From an uncultured delta proteobacterium (GTDB lineage: Bacteria; Bdellovibrionota; FAC87; UBA2466), in NCBI GenBank assembly GCA_963778115.1, contig CAVZSV010000001.1, positions 32,001 through 96,000 of the forward strand: 64,000 nucleotides of DNA, written 5' to 3'. Below are positions 46,117 to 56,164 of the stretch, piece after piece (position 1 is the stretch's first letter; each line of letters starts with the position of its first letter). The notes under the pieces are model-generated. The model was not told the DNA's origin and did no database searches. It saw only the letters and a list, made by a program, of their open reading frames with translations. The position numbers were made by a program, and so were the translations under genes.

Positions 46117-48048
46117 CTATTTAGCGCTTTTCGTACCACCAGCACGAGGCACCAATGGATTAAAGATCTCAGTTAATAGATCGGGGCGGCTCTTATCCCT
46201 TTCGAGAAAGGGATAGCGATTACCTGCGTAGTAATCTAAAGAAGCGTTTTGAAAGTAATCCTGATTTTCTAACAATAGGCGCAGCGGTTTCTTGCTGGTC
46301 TTGCTCGTGGTCAGCGCCTCGCGAAGCCGATCGGGGGTGAAGTGCCTATCATTAACTCCCAGGACCTTCATTCCGGGTCCGACATCAGCTTTGTCAGCCA
46401 AAGTTCCCGGGACCACATCAACGATCGTACCGTCCTCTTTCACAATAAAACCTAGAGAGGGAATATAATTTTGTGCTTTATCTTCGGTCTCGTGCGCTTT
46501 GACCAAGTCCCCTGGAGAATCATGGTAAACCAACTTCCAACCACTTCGCGAGATTCCATCCAAGGGAGCTCTTTCGCGGGAGTTCAGCCGGATTTCAAAA
46601 AACTTTGTCCAATCGTTGGCTAGCACTTCGTTAAGAGCCGCAACGACATCCTTAAAATTATAGGGCTTACCTCTCTGTGCGCCCGTCTCGCTGCCCCCAA
46701 AAAAAAGTCTCAGAAAGTCTTCGAGGCTTCGTTTTCCCCCACTCTTTTCCCTGATGAACGTATCTACGTCGAGCCATAGCAATGCCCCCTCGTCATAAAA
46801 ATCGACGCTCCGTCGGCGACTCGCCCAATCGGGCCTAGAAAAATAAAGAATAGGTGCCGAGACCGAAGTATCCCCAAGCGATCTCCACTCGCGCCCTTTT
46901 TGGGATCGCATTGCCTCCACCACAAGCGCATAGTTCTCTTTGCTAATTTCGGGGGAATAAAAGCCGCTCCTTCCCGTAAGCAAATATCCTAAGTAATGAG
47001 TAAGCCCTTCGTAAACCCATATGAGGTCGGTACGTAGTGGAGTTTGAAAATTAGAGGTCGTCATCGCCTCAGGCCTTCGGTACTTCCCGTTCCAGGAATG
47101 GACGAATTCGTGTGGCGTATACCAGGTCAGCGAAAAGTTTCGAAAGCTATCGTCAATAAAGAAACGCTCCGGCATTCGGTTATCACTGGACTCTTGATGT
47201 TCGACAGCATTCGGACTTATGGCGTCACTCAAAGTGATGAGGAACCGGTAGGAACGATAGTGCTGGGATTTGAATAGCGCCTTTGCTTCAACGACGAGGT
47301 TATCGTATTTGGCTTTCAGTTCCGGCGGAATCGCAATAGCTGCCGCACTATCGCCAGCCAGGATCAAGAAATGGGGCGGCCCGCTTTTCGGGCCGATAGG
47401 AATCTCAGCGAAATACTTTCCGGCAAGGACCGGCGAATCCGCTAAGGTATCTATAGTAGCCGCCTTAAACTGAGTTCGGTTTCCTCGGTTTTTTTCAATA
47501 GGCAAAGCCGTTCCCAGTTTCCATCCTTCAGGCAGAGTTATTTTGGCTTCCACTTTCTGATCCCGCACGTCGGGCCCTTTGGGGTAGAGCAGCACCAAAT
47601 ACCAATTCAAGATCATCAACTGTGAGGTCATATTCGGTGAGGACATACCAAGCCCGTCACCGTCTTTAGCAGAAGCGCCGAGGTAGTCGAAAGTAACATC
47701 CAGAGTGTCAACATGGCTGGGAACTTCGCAATGAAAAGAAAACAGATCGATGGGATCCCTCTGCCAAGCGAGATCTTTCCCGCCCGCTACCAATTTCAGA
47801 TTTGCCAAATCGTTTATCGGTCCATTCGGGGAATGCTGCCCCGGAATCCACTGCGGGTAAAACAAAGTAAGCGGACCCGGATGCACCGGAATTTTCATCA
47901 CAGTATGCAATAATCGACGAGGTGCCTCAGTCGCATCAAGGATAAGTTCAATGGGGCGATCAGAATTCTTCGCTGTCACCCCGGTCGCGGCCAGGCAAAA
48001 GACTCCTAATATCCATAAGAAAACGTGGGACAGTGTCTTAATTCGCAT
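46117..48048 (-). CDS. M61 glycyl aminopeptidase with C-terminal PDZ
   Basis: Signal peptide; 'YPQWIPG.H', 'VEH.ESS', HEFVHSWNGK.RRP, 'WVYEGLT.Y', 'Y.EG'; PDZ at the C-terminus. Confidence 0.92.
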   Translation of the reverse strand: MRIKTLSHVFLWILGVFCLAATGVTAKNSDRPIELILDATEAPRRLLHTVMKIPVHPGPLTLFYPQWIPGQHSPNGPINDLANLKLVAGGKDLAWQRDPIDLFSFHCEVPSHVDTLDVTFDYLGASAKDGDGLGMSSPNMTSQLMILNWYLVLLYPKGPDVRDQKVEAKITLPEGWKLGTALPIEKNRGNRTQFKAATIDTLADSPVLAGKYFAEIPIGPKSGPPHFLILAGDSAAAIAIPPELKAKYDNLVVEAKALFKSQHYRSYRFLITLSDAISPNAVEHQESSDNRMPERFFIDDSFRNFSLTWYTPHEFVHSWNGKYRRPEAMTTSNFQTPLRTDLIWVYEGLTHYLGYLLTGRSGFYSPEISKENYALVVEAMRSQKGREWRSLGDTSVSAPILYFSRPDWASRRRSVDFYDEGALLWLDVDTFIREKSGGKRSLEDFLRLFFGGSETGAQRGKPYNFKDVVAALNEVLANDWTKFFEIRLNSRERAPLDGISRSGWKLVYHDSPGDLVKAHETEDKAQNYIPSLGFIVKEDGTIVDVVPGTLADKADVGPGMKVLGVNDRHFTPDRLREALTTSKTSKKPLRLLLENQDYFQNASLDYYAGNRYPFLERDKSRPDLLTEIFNPLVPRAGGTKSAK

Positions 48049-48096
48049 CAGGCTCCTTGGGGGGAGTATACATGGCGGCCCCCGTTGGACAAGTTT

Positions 48097-48411
48097 CTAG
48101 CCCCACGCGCCCAAGGTTAGCATATCGCTGCGTCGAGCGGGTGGCGTCTGAAAAGGTGACTCCTGTCGCTCTAACAGGTGAGGCTTACACGCCAGAGCCG
48201 AAAGAGAAGGAAATAGGAAAGTGGAAGTTTCTAGAGCTTGCAGTACGAGGCGTGCCGAACGATTACAGGTAAAAATAGCACCCGGCTCGAGAAGGATGTC
48301 TTCGTAATTTCCCTCGATCGTAAGCCAAATCTCCCCGTCAGCGCACTCCACTCGCAGCCCAACCGGAGCCGTGAAACTATAGATTTCGCCTTTCACTAAA
48401 GAATACTGCAT
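48097..48411 (-). CDS. DUF2917 (cupin-like) protein
   Basis: 'VEC..GEIWLTIEG..EDI.L.PG..F..RLVLQAL'; RBS GAGG before ATG 48411. Confidence 0.8.
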   Translation of the reverse strand: MQYSLVKGEIYSFTAPVGLRVECADGEIWLTIEGNYEDILLEPGAIFTCNRSARLVLQALETSTFLFPSLSALACKPHLLERQESPFQTPPARRSDMLTLGAWG

Positions 48412-48427
48412 TGTTAACCTCACTTTT

Positions 48428-48517
48428 AGTAACCGATATATTTAGTTTAGGCGGTTACACTGGAATAGGTTTTGCTTGATTTTCAGTAACCTGTCAAATA
48501 TATTTTGATGGTTACAC
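48428..48517. promoter_or_regulatory. Two copies of the inverted repeat AGTAACC-N18-GGTTACAC in the divergent DUF2917/CGNR spacer
   Basis: Copy 1: GTAACC 48429-48434, GGTTAC 48453-48458. Copy 2: GTAACC 48486-48491, GGTTAC 48510-48515. Both have 18-bp spacers. Confidence 0.75.
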
Positions 48518-48534
48518 CACGCAAAGAAGGCTGT

Positions 48535-49149
48535 ATGGAGAAAACACTCGCGGATTTAGGGGATTACGAACGCATCGCCGGTAATCTGGCGTTGGATTTC
48601 GCCAACACCATGGGGGGGGGACGAGAGATAGCCCCTCTTGAGTATTTGAAGAGCTATGCACATCTTGCCGCTTGGGCCGTCTTTTGTGAGCTAATTTCGC
48701 AGGCCACGGCCCGACGTTTAATTGACCAGGCGCAAACTAAACAGAACGCCGCCACTGAAGTGCTCCATCGAGCGGTGAGCCTAAGGGAAGCTATCTACCG
48801 GGTGGTCACGGCCTCTGACCACCGAGGGGTTCCCAAGAATGAAGATCTCTTTCTAATCTCGCGGGAGTATCAGTTTGCCATTGGCCGCGCGAAAATTGTC
48901 GATAGCAAATCAGGATTTTCTTGGCAGTGGCCGGAATCCAAAACGGATCTGGATCAAATGCTTTGGCCGGTCGCGAAAGCGGCTGCTGAACTTTTGACCT
49001 CAAACCCTCACATTGAGTTCCTCCGCGAGTGCGCAGCCGACAGCTGTACCTGGGTTTTTCTGGACACGTCCAAGAATCATAAACGCCGCTGGTGCGACAT
49101 GCGCGACTGCGGTAACCGGGAAAAAATGAAGCGATTCCGAAAGACCTAA
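48535..49149 (+). CDS. ABATE/CGNR zinc-finger domain protein
   Basis: 'LALDFANT', 'LREAIYR', 'RECA..SC.WVFLD.SKN..RRWCDM..CGNR.K..RFR'. Confidence 0.92.
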   Translation: MEKTLADLGDYERIAGNLALDFANTMGGGREIAPLEYLKSYAHLAAWAVFCELISQATARRLIDQAQTKQNAATEVLHRAVSLREAIYRVVTASDHRGVPKNEDLFLISREYQFAIGRAKIVDSKSGFSWQWPESKTDLDQMLWPVAKAAAELLTSNPHIEFLRECAADSCTWVFLDTSKNHKRRWCDMRDCGNREKMKRFRKT

Positions 49150-49202
49150 ACTCTCTGGGATCTCACAATCCCGATTTGCTGTGATCCTAAAACTTCGCGA
49201 CC

Positions 49203-49478
49203 TTAGATGCTCCTTCGCACCAACGAATAGCGTTTTCGGTGATGAACAGTTCTTTGTATATTTGCCTCTCCTCCCGGCCTTGGTTGCCACAATAGCGGAA
49301 TCGCTAACACCGAAGAGGGGGCTTTCGACGCGAGATACCTCGAAACATGAGAATTAGTCCTTCTGGTAAGGAATACATTGGCCGATCGGGATGTTCCAAG
49401 AAGTGCCCATGCACAGAAAAAGGCAAAGCAAAATATTAGAGGTGTCCACAGTGCCTGGAATTTGATGATGTATTTCAT
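49203..49478 (-). CDS. Small hypothetical membrane-associated protein
   Basis: Strong RBS AGGAGG and a hydrophobic N-terminal helix. Confidence 0.4.
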   Translation of the reverse strand: MKYIIKFQALWTPLIFCFAFFCAWALLGTSRSANVFLTRRTNSHVSRYLASKAPSSVLAIPLLWQPRPGGEANIQRTVHHRKRYSLVRRSI

Positions 49479-49514
49479 GGAAACCTCCTTTCGCTTATTC
49501 GAAACAATTTTAGA

Positions 49515-50048
49515 TCACTGAATGGGAAGTCCGTAGCTCATCGGAAAATCAAGAGTTGAGATCACACGATCGAAGAGCCTATCGACAAGGCTAGTAGTCC
49601 GATCGAGCGGTTGAATCACTTTCATTTCACAGACGGGCTCCCCAATATCGTTACTTATAATGAAAGATCTCAAATAGACTCTTAGAATGGTTCCGTCCGC
49701 TCTGACGTAGCACTTTTCCATCTCATACATGGGCAATCGCCCCTCCCAAAGACTCTTTTCATAAAATCCGGTTTTCCCTCTATCCTCGGGAATCGTGATC
49801 TCCATGGTGGTCTTACCTATTAAATCATCCGCCCGGTATCCAAGAAGATCGCCGAATTCCTTGTTGGCGTTTAAAATTTCAAGATGGGAACCCACCACGG
49901 CAACGGCCCGCCCGTAATTCTTTAGAATTTCTGCGACTAGTTTTTCGATTTCGAATCTAGCACTATCCGTTGTCGTTCGCTCTGCGTCCCGGGGTCTGTT
50001 TCGCCCATGGTTTCTTTTGGTTCTGTCTTCTCTTAGTAAGTAACTCAT
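49515..50048 (-). CDS. Stand-alone PAS/PAC domain protein
   Basis: 'NANKEF..LLGY..DLIGK...EIT.PED..Y..EK.Y.RADG....V'; RBS GGAGG. Confidence 0.8.
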   Translation of the reverse strand: MSYLLREDRTKRNHGRNRPRDAERTTTDSARFEIEKLVAEILKNYGRAVAVVGSHLEILNANKEFGDLLGYRADDLIGKTTMEITIPEDRGKTGFYEKSLWEGRLPMYEMEKCYVRADGTILRVYLRSFIISNDIGEPVCEMKVIQPLDRTTSLVDRLFDRVISTLDFPMSYGLPIQ

Positions 50049-50183
50049 GATGTTCCTCCTATGGTTAACTCACACTTATATTATCGCCCCGATCTCTATA
50101 TTCATTAAATCGATAATATATTATAATTAATTAGATTAAATGAATTATGTGTAACTAGTTAAAATTAATGGGAGTTATTAAAG

Positions 50184-51089
50184 ATGGGGACGCTAAATTT
50201 CAGTCATTTGTACTATTTTCACACAATTCAAAAGTTGGGTTCCATCGTGGAAGCTTCAAAGCGCCTGCGACTGACGCAACCCACGCTGAGCACTCAGCTG
50301 AGGCAGTTGGAAAATTCATTGGGGGTCGAGCTATTCACTCGAAAAGGGAAGAGACTCATCTTAAATGAAGATGGCAAACTCGCCGCAGAATTTTCGGATC
50401 AGATCTTTCAGCTTGGCGATGACATGGTACTTGCCCTTCGTTCCAAGGATAGAAAACGCGTAACAAAAATCAGAGGTGGGGTACTTCCCTCGGTTTCAAA
50501 ACGAATCACTTCAGATTTTGTATCCCCGCTCTTTGACAACAAGTCTACCACCATCACAATAAGCGAAGGTTCTCTAGATTTTCTGCTTTCGGAATTAAAT
50601 CGAAACAATCTAGATTTTATTCTAAGTGATGCCTCCGCTCAAACAGGAAACCAGACGATCGCAAGTTATCCGCTAAAGCATCGCCACTTTGTAGCAGTAA
50701 GCTCGCCTAAGATGGCACACTTGGGAGATAACTTTCCCTCCTCTTTAAACCATCAACCACTAGTGACATTTACGGGACATAGCCAACTTCGTCATGAAAT
50801 CGACAGAGTCCTTGAGGGGCTAAATCTGAGGAACGAAGTAATCGCCGAATGTGACGATGTTGATTTACTATGTCTACTTTGCGAGAAGGAATCTTGCTTT
50901 TCGGTATTGCCACTCTCGTCGGTATCGTCGGCGTTGCGTAATAAAAGTCTACTGGAACTGGGAAAATTTGGAACTCTCAAATCAGATATTTGGGTACTCT
51001 TCGAGCAGAAAAGCCCCGTCTCAGCGAGGTTATTGAACGCCATAAAGGCATTCAACCGCCAATTAGATTTGGAGTCCACTGAGGGATAA
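50184..51089 (+). CDS. LysR-family transcriptional regulator (NhaR-like)
   Basis: 'LNFSHLYYF..I..GSI..AS..L.LTQPTLS.QLR.LE..LG..LF.R.G..L.L'; AT-rich divergent spacer upstream. Confidence 0.9.
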   Translation: MGTLNFSHLYYFHTIQKLGSIVEASKRLRLTQPTLSTQLRQLENSLGVELFTRKGKRLILNEDGKLAAEFSDQIFQLGDDMVLALRSKDRKRVTKIRGGVLPSVSKRITSDFVSPLFDNKSTTITISEGSLDFLLSELNRNNLDFILSDASAQTGNQTIASYPLKHRHFVAVSSPKMAHLGDNFPSSLNHQPLVTFTGHSQLRHEIDRVLEGLNLRNEVIAECDDVDLLCLLCEKESCFSVLPLSSVSSALRNKSLLELGKFGTLKSDIWVLFEQKSPVSARLLNAIKAFNRQLDLESTEG

Positions 51090-51102
51090 GGAGATCCCAT
51101 CC

Positions 51103-51681
51103 CTAGGGGAAGTGAACGATAAGACCGGCTGTGACTTGATAGTCGTTATTGGTCCAGCGGGTTTTGTAATTAGTGAAAACGGAAACGACTTCCGCGGTAA
51201 AGGCCACATGATTCATGAGTCCAATATGTAATCCTGCACCCGCGTACGGGCAGTAGACAAAAGAACTTGTCGTCGTAGTAGTCACCCCACTAACCGTCTC
51301 ATCCAACTTCGATTGAGTCGCTTGAGCACCGGCGCGCAGTACGAAAGTAAATGCATTGGCCAGTCGAATGTGAGATCGCAACCCTAGTTTTACCTCTTGA
51401 TCGGTATCGGTAACACTTTGCACGGAAGAGGAGAAGGTCTCCGTATCTTTGCCGTAGAGATATTCCGTCTCCAAAGCAATCGCCGGAATCCCTACCGAAG
51501 CCCTGGCTCCATAGACCAACCTATCGGTCGTGTGGGCGACAGGAACCGTCTCTTGCACCTGTTCATAGCCAAAGATGGGCTCTATTTCAGTCTGAATCCC
51601 CGTATTAATCGTATTCGCGAAGGAAAGTTTCGGGGTAAGAACGGCTAGTAAAAAAACGATAGGAAAATAACGATAGATCAC
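51103..51681 (-). CDS. Small outer-membrane beta-barrel protein
   Basis: Signal peptide, alternating beta-strands, 'PYAGAGL', near-terminal aromatic residue; RBS AGGAGG. Confidence 0.7.
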   Translation of the reverse strand: MIYRYFPIVFLLAVLTPKLSFANTINTGIQTEIEPIFGYEQVQETVPVAHTTDRLVYGARASVGIPAIALETEYLYGKDTETFSSSVQSVTDTDQEVKLGLRSHIRLANAFTFVLRAGAQATQSKLDETVSGVTTTTTSSFVYCPYAGAGLHIGLMNHVAFTAEVVSVFTNYKTRWTNNDYQVTAGLIVHFP

Positions 51682-51850
51682 GGGGTTATCCCTCCTTTAA
51701 GCCTATTGTTCGGATGAAATGCCCCAAGGCTGAAGGTTTTCCGTGGCAAAAACTTTTTGAATGTTTTAGAAGCGGTGAATCAATTTTGCCTCGGGCCATT
51801 TTCTATGATTTGTAATTCGAGATAAGAGCTAGGAAATAGATGCTTATTTC

Positions 51851-53236
51851 TTGATGAGGTTTGTCATGAGACTTTTTAGCTTCGTAGTTCTTCTGGTTTT
51901 CACGGTGGTTCTTAACGCAGCACCGCTGCCCACCCTGCCAAACGGTTTTCTAAAAATCGACTCAAAGCGGATTCCGCCAGCACTCCAGGGCTTAGTCCAA
52001 ACCGTGGCAGCGGCGGTGGGTAAACTAGAAATTCGGGCACGCGTAGATTTCGAGGTCAAAGAAACCAAGATCAAAAAGGGAATGGTATTCGCTACTGGCA
52101 CTGCCTATGTAATAGAGCCGGGAGATCGAATCAATACTGACTATCACGTCATCAGTGATTGGATACAGAACCGAAATCATTTGGATCTAGTCTTTGTCTT
52201 CGGTGGCAAAGAGATCGAAATCGACAAAGTGCTCTTCGAGGACGAAAAGGCGGATTTAGCCACTCTAGCATTACCCGAGAAAACAAAATCCGCGTTACCC
52301 GTGGCAAAGGTCGAGCTCGACACCGGACTCCGAGTCATTCAATTAGGACATCCTTTAAGCAGTAAGACTCCAATGGTTACCTTGGGCAACGTTATTCAAA
52401 ATGACGAGGAAGGTCTTTTCTTGAGCACACCGTCGCTTCCAGGACTTAGTGGCGCTCCCATCGTTGCCTTCGATGAATATGGAAAAATGCTGGGTGTGAT
52501 TGGAAATACGAAGGGGATTCTCGCTGTGTCGGCCATAAAGTTAAAAGGTTTGGAAGGCGCTTTAGCAATCGACTACTACGGCTTAGACAACATCAATGAG
52601 CGACTATACTGGCTTACCTCGCGAGCTGATGTGGAAAAGACGTTTCGTATTGAAAAGGGTCCGCAAGGAGATTTTAAAAGTGACCCTCTAGAAGAACTTA
52701 AAGTGCCGCGAGGACAATTAGAACAGGCAACGATGATGAACTTCTCGCTTTTGCGTAACGACCATAACGTAACGATCTTCCGAAAGGAACTGGAAGAGAT
52801 TTCCAAAGATTTTGATTCTCTTGCGGAGCAGTTAGTAAATCAAGGGAAGGAAAAACCTCCACGAGAAGTATTGAAAAAAATGGTCACCCTCAATTTTAGA
52901 TTAGAAGCGATATCCGCGAGAGCTGTGAAAAACCTCTACCCAATATCAAGTCTTCCTATTAGAACTTCGGAGGAACTCGCACGGTCATACGTCTCGAATC
53001 CTACTTCTGCAAAACTCGCCAGGTTTCTAAAAGGCGTAGCGATTGAAATTAGAGACCTTCTCCCGCAGCTAGATGCGCAAGTGAAGGAGGATAATCAAAG
53101 GAAAGCTTTGGTGACCTCCGCTTCAGAACTATCCAAGTACTTATTAGAGCTAGAAGCCATCCCCAAACTAAAAGAAGACGAAGTCTATTTTTCTCACTTT
53201 TTCCAAATCCCCACTCGAGTCAACGTCATCCGATAG
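51851..53236 (+). CDS. Secreted trypsin-like serine protease with helical C-terminal extension
   Basis: Catalytic triad motifs 'TDYHVI', 'DLATL', 'PGLSGAPI'; signal peptide. Confidence 0.8.
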   Translation: MMRFVMRLFSFVVLLVFTVVLNAAPLPTLPNGFLKIDSKRIPPALQGLVQTVAAAVGKLEIRARVDFEVKETKIKKGMVFATGTAYVIEPGDRINTDYHVISDWIQNRNHLDLVFVFGGKEIEIDKVLFEDEKADLATLALPEKTKSALPVAKVELDTGLRVIQLGHPLSSKTPMVTLGNVIQNDEEGLFLSTPSLPGLSGAPIVAFDEYGKMLGVIGNTKGILAVSAIKLKGLEGALAIDYYGLDNINERLYWLTSRADVEKTFRIEKGPQGDFKSDPLEELKVPRGQLEQATMMNFSLLRNDHNVTIFRKELEEISKDFDSLAEQLVNQGKEKPPREVLKKMVTLNFRLEAISARAVKNLYPISSLPIRTSEELARSYVSNPTSAKLARFLKGVAIEIRDLLPQLDAQVKEDNQRKALVTSASELSKYLLELEAIPKLKEDEVYFSHFFQIPTRVNVIR

Positions 53237-53271
53237 GCATCTCCTTCCTGAAAATAGTCTTTGTTAAAGAC

Positions 53272-54567
53272 TTACCAAAGAGTGTCTTGGTAGAGATCGG
53301 TGTTGGAGGTCAGGTCATAGACATCCACAACGAACGAATGGCCCCAAGTGCCATCTGCGGAAGCACCGAAAGGAATGGAGAGTTTCCAAGGATGATTTAC
53401 GTCGGTTTCTAGATGATCTTGGGTGATGAGAAACGTCTTAGCTATGGCTAAGCCACCGTCAGCGTCTCTATACTGTGGAAATTTCGAGGCTAGGGGCTTC
53501 CCCTGATCGTCTCTGAAGTGAATGCTCACCGAGAGTTGGTGACCCGTTAACGCGCGATCCAGACGCACGAGCATGTAATAGGCGGCCTCCATATCCTTAT
53601 ATTCATAGACGCCGCCAGACTGTACTACCTTAACCTGAACGAGAGGCGAAGCCACAGCCGGAGCGGGAATAGCGGGAAGCCCTGTGGGCACTTTGTCTTT
53701 TGAAAGACGGTAGGCGAAAGGAATTTGCTCTTCTGTCGCGCCGTACCTATTAGTCCAAGTTTGAGGAGTGAAGCGATTGTGTAATACGATAAATTTCTTT
53801 TGGGTCAACTCACGTATTCCAAAAAAGATCTCGGTCCAGTCGACAAAGCCATCATGATTAATATCGTTCTGAGAGGGATCGATCTCCAAGACCTCCCGCA
53901 AGGATTCAGAGAATATTGAACCTACGACTTGTCCGTTGTTTAGGTGCGTAGGATCAAAGGGGTTCATATCGACAAACGCAAGTCCCTCTCCCGTCGCCGA
54001 AGTGATATCTACAGTTCCATGGAGATCCCCCAGGAGTTGAGCCAGAAAAAGCCAACGCTTGGTATCTGCCTCCGCTCCCGCCGGGGGAAGAGGATTGGGT
54101 TCTCGCTCGGCTCGACTCCCACAAGCGTCAGTCGTAATCAAGACTCCTTGAGTCTTCACCGATTCCATTGTCTTTCGGAGCTCTTCTCGAGGCAGTCTAT
54201 CGCCGTTCATTTTTAGTACATGTCCTTGACCTGGGATCGTCATCCCATGTCCACAATAGTAGAACCACAATACATCGTTAGATTTAAAGCGGGCATGAAA
54301 CCTCTGGGGTGACTGGAAAAAAAGGAGGGTGTCCGATCGTCCAGCCTGTCGATCTTGAAATTCGTAAATAGCAAGACGATTTATGCTGGGGCGGGTCCTC
54401 TTAAGCAATTCCCGCAGCCTTCCCCAACTCTGTTTGCATCCTGTACCCACATTAGGATCGTTGCTATCTACGGCGGCAAAGAGATGAATGGTACCTTTGG
54501 GATTCGTATCAGCGGCGACACTCAAAGAACTTGCTGAGACAATGGCCAAAATAAGAAAGAGTTTCAT
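53272..54567 (-). CDS. Secreted caspase-family (C14, orthocaspase-like) peptidase
   Basis: His-Cys dyad 'FYYCGHG' and 'TTDACG'; signal peptide; extra C-terminal beta domain. Confidence 0.8.
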   Translation of the reverse strand: MKLFLILAIVSASSLSVAADTNPKGTIHLFAAVDSNDPNVGTGCKQSWGRLRELLKRTRPSINRLAIYEFQDRQAGRSDTLLFFQSPQRFHARFKSNDVLWFYYCGHGMTIPGQGHVLKMNGDRLPREELRKTMESVKTQGVLITTDACGSRAEREPNPLPPAGAEADTKRWLFLAQLLGDLHGTVDITSATGEGLAFVDMNPFDPTHLNNGQVVGSIFSESLREVLEIDPSQNDINHDGFVDWTEIFFGIRELTQKKFIVLHNRFTPQTWTNRYGATEEQIPFAYRLSKDKVPTGLPAIPAPAVASPLVQVKVVQSGGVYEYKDMEAAYYMLVRLDRALTGHQLSVSIHFRDDQGKPLASKFPQYRDADGGLAIAKTFLITQDHLETDVNHPWKLSIPFGASADGTWGHSFVVDVYDLTSNTDLYQDTLW

Positions 54568-54717
54568 AGGCGGCTCTCCTCTTTAGACGGCCACCAAACC
54601 CATTAGCATCGACGAGCTGAAGCTGGCACTCGTGATTGCTCCTGTCAATATGACGGTTTTCGAAAATTACCGGGTGCCTAGTAGACGAATATTGAACTTG
54701 ATGTTTTCATTCTCTTT

Positions 54718-54915
54718 ATGAAAGAAGAAGACTTTGAAGGAACCTTGGTGCTGGAGCGACTTGAGGAGATTGGCGAACGGGAAGCTTTCTTTGATGCTGT
54801 AGATAGCGATGATTTCCGCAAGGCCGCATCCTTAATGAAACGGGCGGGTTTGGATGATGTGACCATCGAGACGGTCTTGCGGAAGATGGCGGCGGCCGAG
54901 AGGGATGGAGAATGA
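54718..54915 (+). CDS. Small acidic hypothetical protein
   Basis: 65 aa, 3 bp upstream of the CoA-binding gene, probably co-transcribed. Confidence 0.6.
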   Translation: MKEEDFEGTLVLERLEEIGEREAFFDAVDSDDFRKAASLMKRAGLDDVTIETVLRKMAAAERDGE

Positions 54916-54918
54916 TCG

Positions 54919-55332
54919 ATGAATGTTTTAGACAGCCAGATTAAAGAGCTACTTAGCCGCTATAAGAAATTTACCGTCTATGGCTTAAGTGCTGATCCCG
55001 CAAAAGCAAGCCATTACGTCCCACTCTACATGCGAGAAAACGGATGGGAGATAGTAGGAACCTACCCTAAACCACACTCGGTGAATGATTTTTCCATTTT
55101 TGATACTTTGGCGAAAGCTCCCGCAAACTATCGTAAGTTTATCGACGTCTTTCGCGCCTCCGACAAAATCCCCGACGTCGTGGATGAAGTGCTGGAATTA
55201 GGCGGTGTTGAAGTCCTTTGGCTGCAGCTGGGAATTACTCACCCTCAAGCCGAAGCTCGAGCGGAGAAGGCCGGCCTTCGAGTCGTTTCAAACCGGTGCT
55301 TGATTATTGAGCATAGGAAATGGTTTCGATGA
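54919..55332 (+). CDS. CoA-binding protein (YccU-like)
   Basis: 'VYGLS.DP.KAS..V..Y', 'IDVFR', 'VLWLQLGI', 'AGL.VV.NRC..IEH'. Confidence 0.88.
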   Translation: MNVLDSQIKELLSRYKKFTVYGLSADPAKASHYVPLYMRENGWEIVGTYPKPHSVNDFSIFDTLAKAPANYRKFIDVFRASDKIPDVVDEVLELGGVEVLWLQLGITHPQAEARAEKAGLRVVSNRCLIIEHRKWFR

Positions 55333-55497
55333 GATCAGTTGGAGGAAAGGCCGGTTGCGCGGCCGAATCATAGGACGAATGGCTGTGGGAGAATCGAGCA
55401 TCTACGGCGGAATGCTTCGTACGCTTAATACACCAGCGAACCAACCGCTGGCCGCAAAGCTACCCATTCACTTTCCGGCCGAATAGGTAGCGGGCGA

Positions 55498-55950
55498 CTA
55501 TTTGTTTGCTAGGTGCGTTTTGAGAAAGTTATCGGCAATCTGTTCGTAGGTCTCGGCAAGTTTATCCAGCGTGTTTACCCGTTCTTTTACGCTTAAAATT
55601 ATCACTTCCATCTTACCTTTTTTGGGAATCTGCGCTTTGCATTGCGTCTCACCATAGGTTTCGCCAAATCGCTTGATGGCTTGGAGGGTTAACTTCGCCT
55701 TGGAACTCATCTCCCGAAGTCCATCAAATCCCAATTTCTGGGTTTCCTTAAGAGGACTCTTCAACTGAGTCTCACACCGAGTGGCAATCTGATCGAGTCC
55801 TTCGATCTCAGAATACAGGCGAGCGTTTTCCGAAATGAGTTCAGGAACGCAGTTTCCCTCTTTATCCATTCCTCGTTTGTGGGAGGATAATAGTGAGGCA
55901 TTGGCCACGCTGATTACTCCAAAAAGAACCGCGAAAGTAAGGAAACGCAT
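55498..55950 (-). CDS. Secreted helical hypothetical protein
   Basis: RBS GGAGG before MRFLTF; signal peptide. Confidence 0.55.
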   Translation of the reverse strand: MRFLTFAVLFGVISVANASLLSSHKRGMDKEGNCVPELISENARLYSEIEGLDQIATRCETQLKSPLKETQKLGFDGLREMSSKAKLTLQAIKRFGETYGETQCKAQIPKKGKMEVIILSVKERVNTLDKLAETYEQIADNFLKTHLANK

Positions 55951-56164
55951 ACCCCTCCCAGGCAAAACTTAACTCAAGGGGTTAACCAAGCAAACGATAT
56001 GCCATAAAAAGCCGAAGCAATCCCCCTTGGCGCCCCGCTTGAAGTGACAAATTTGGAGAGAAGACTGCCTCTTTGCGCTACCCTGGAGTTTCGGGGAGGA
56101 TTAGGCGAGGAAAAAACTATGAACGACGTCGTCTCTAGGTAGGTCCTGCAATAAAGCACTTGGG

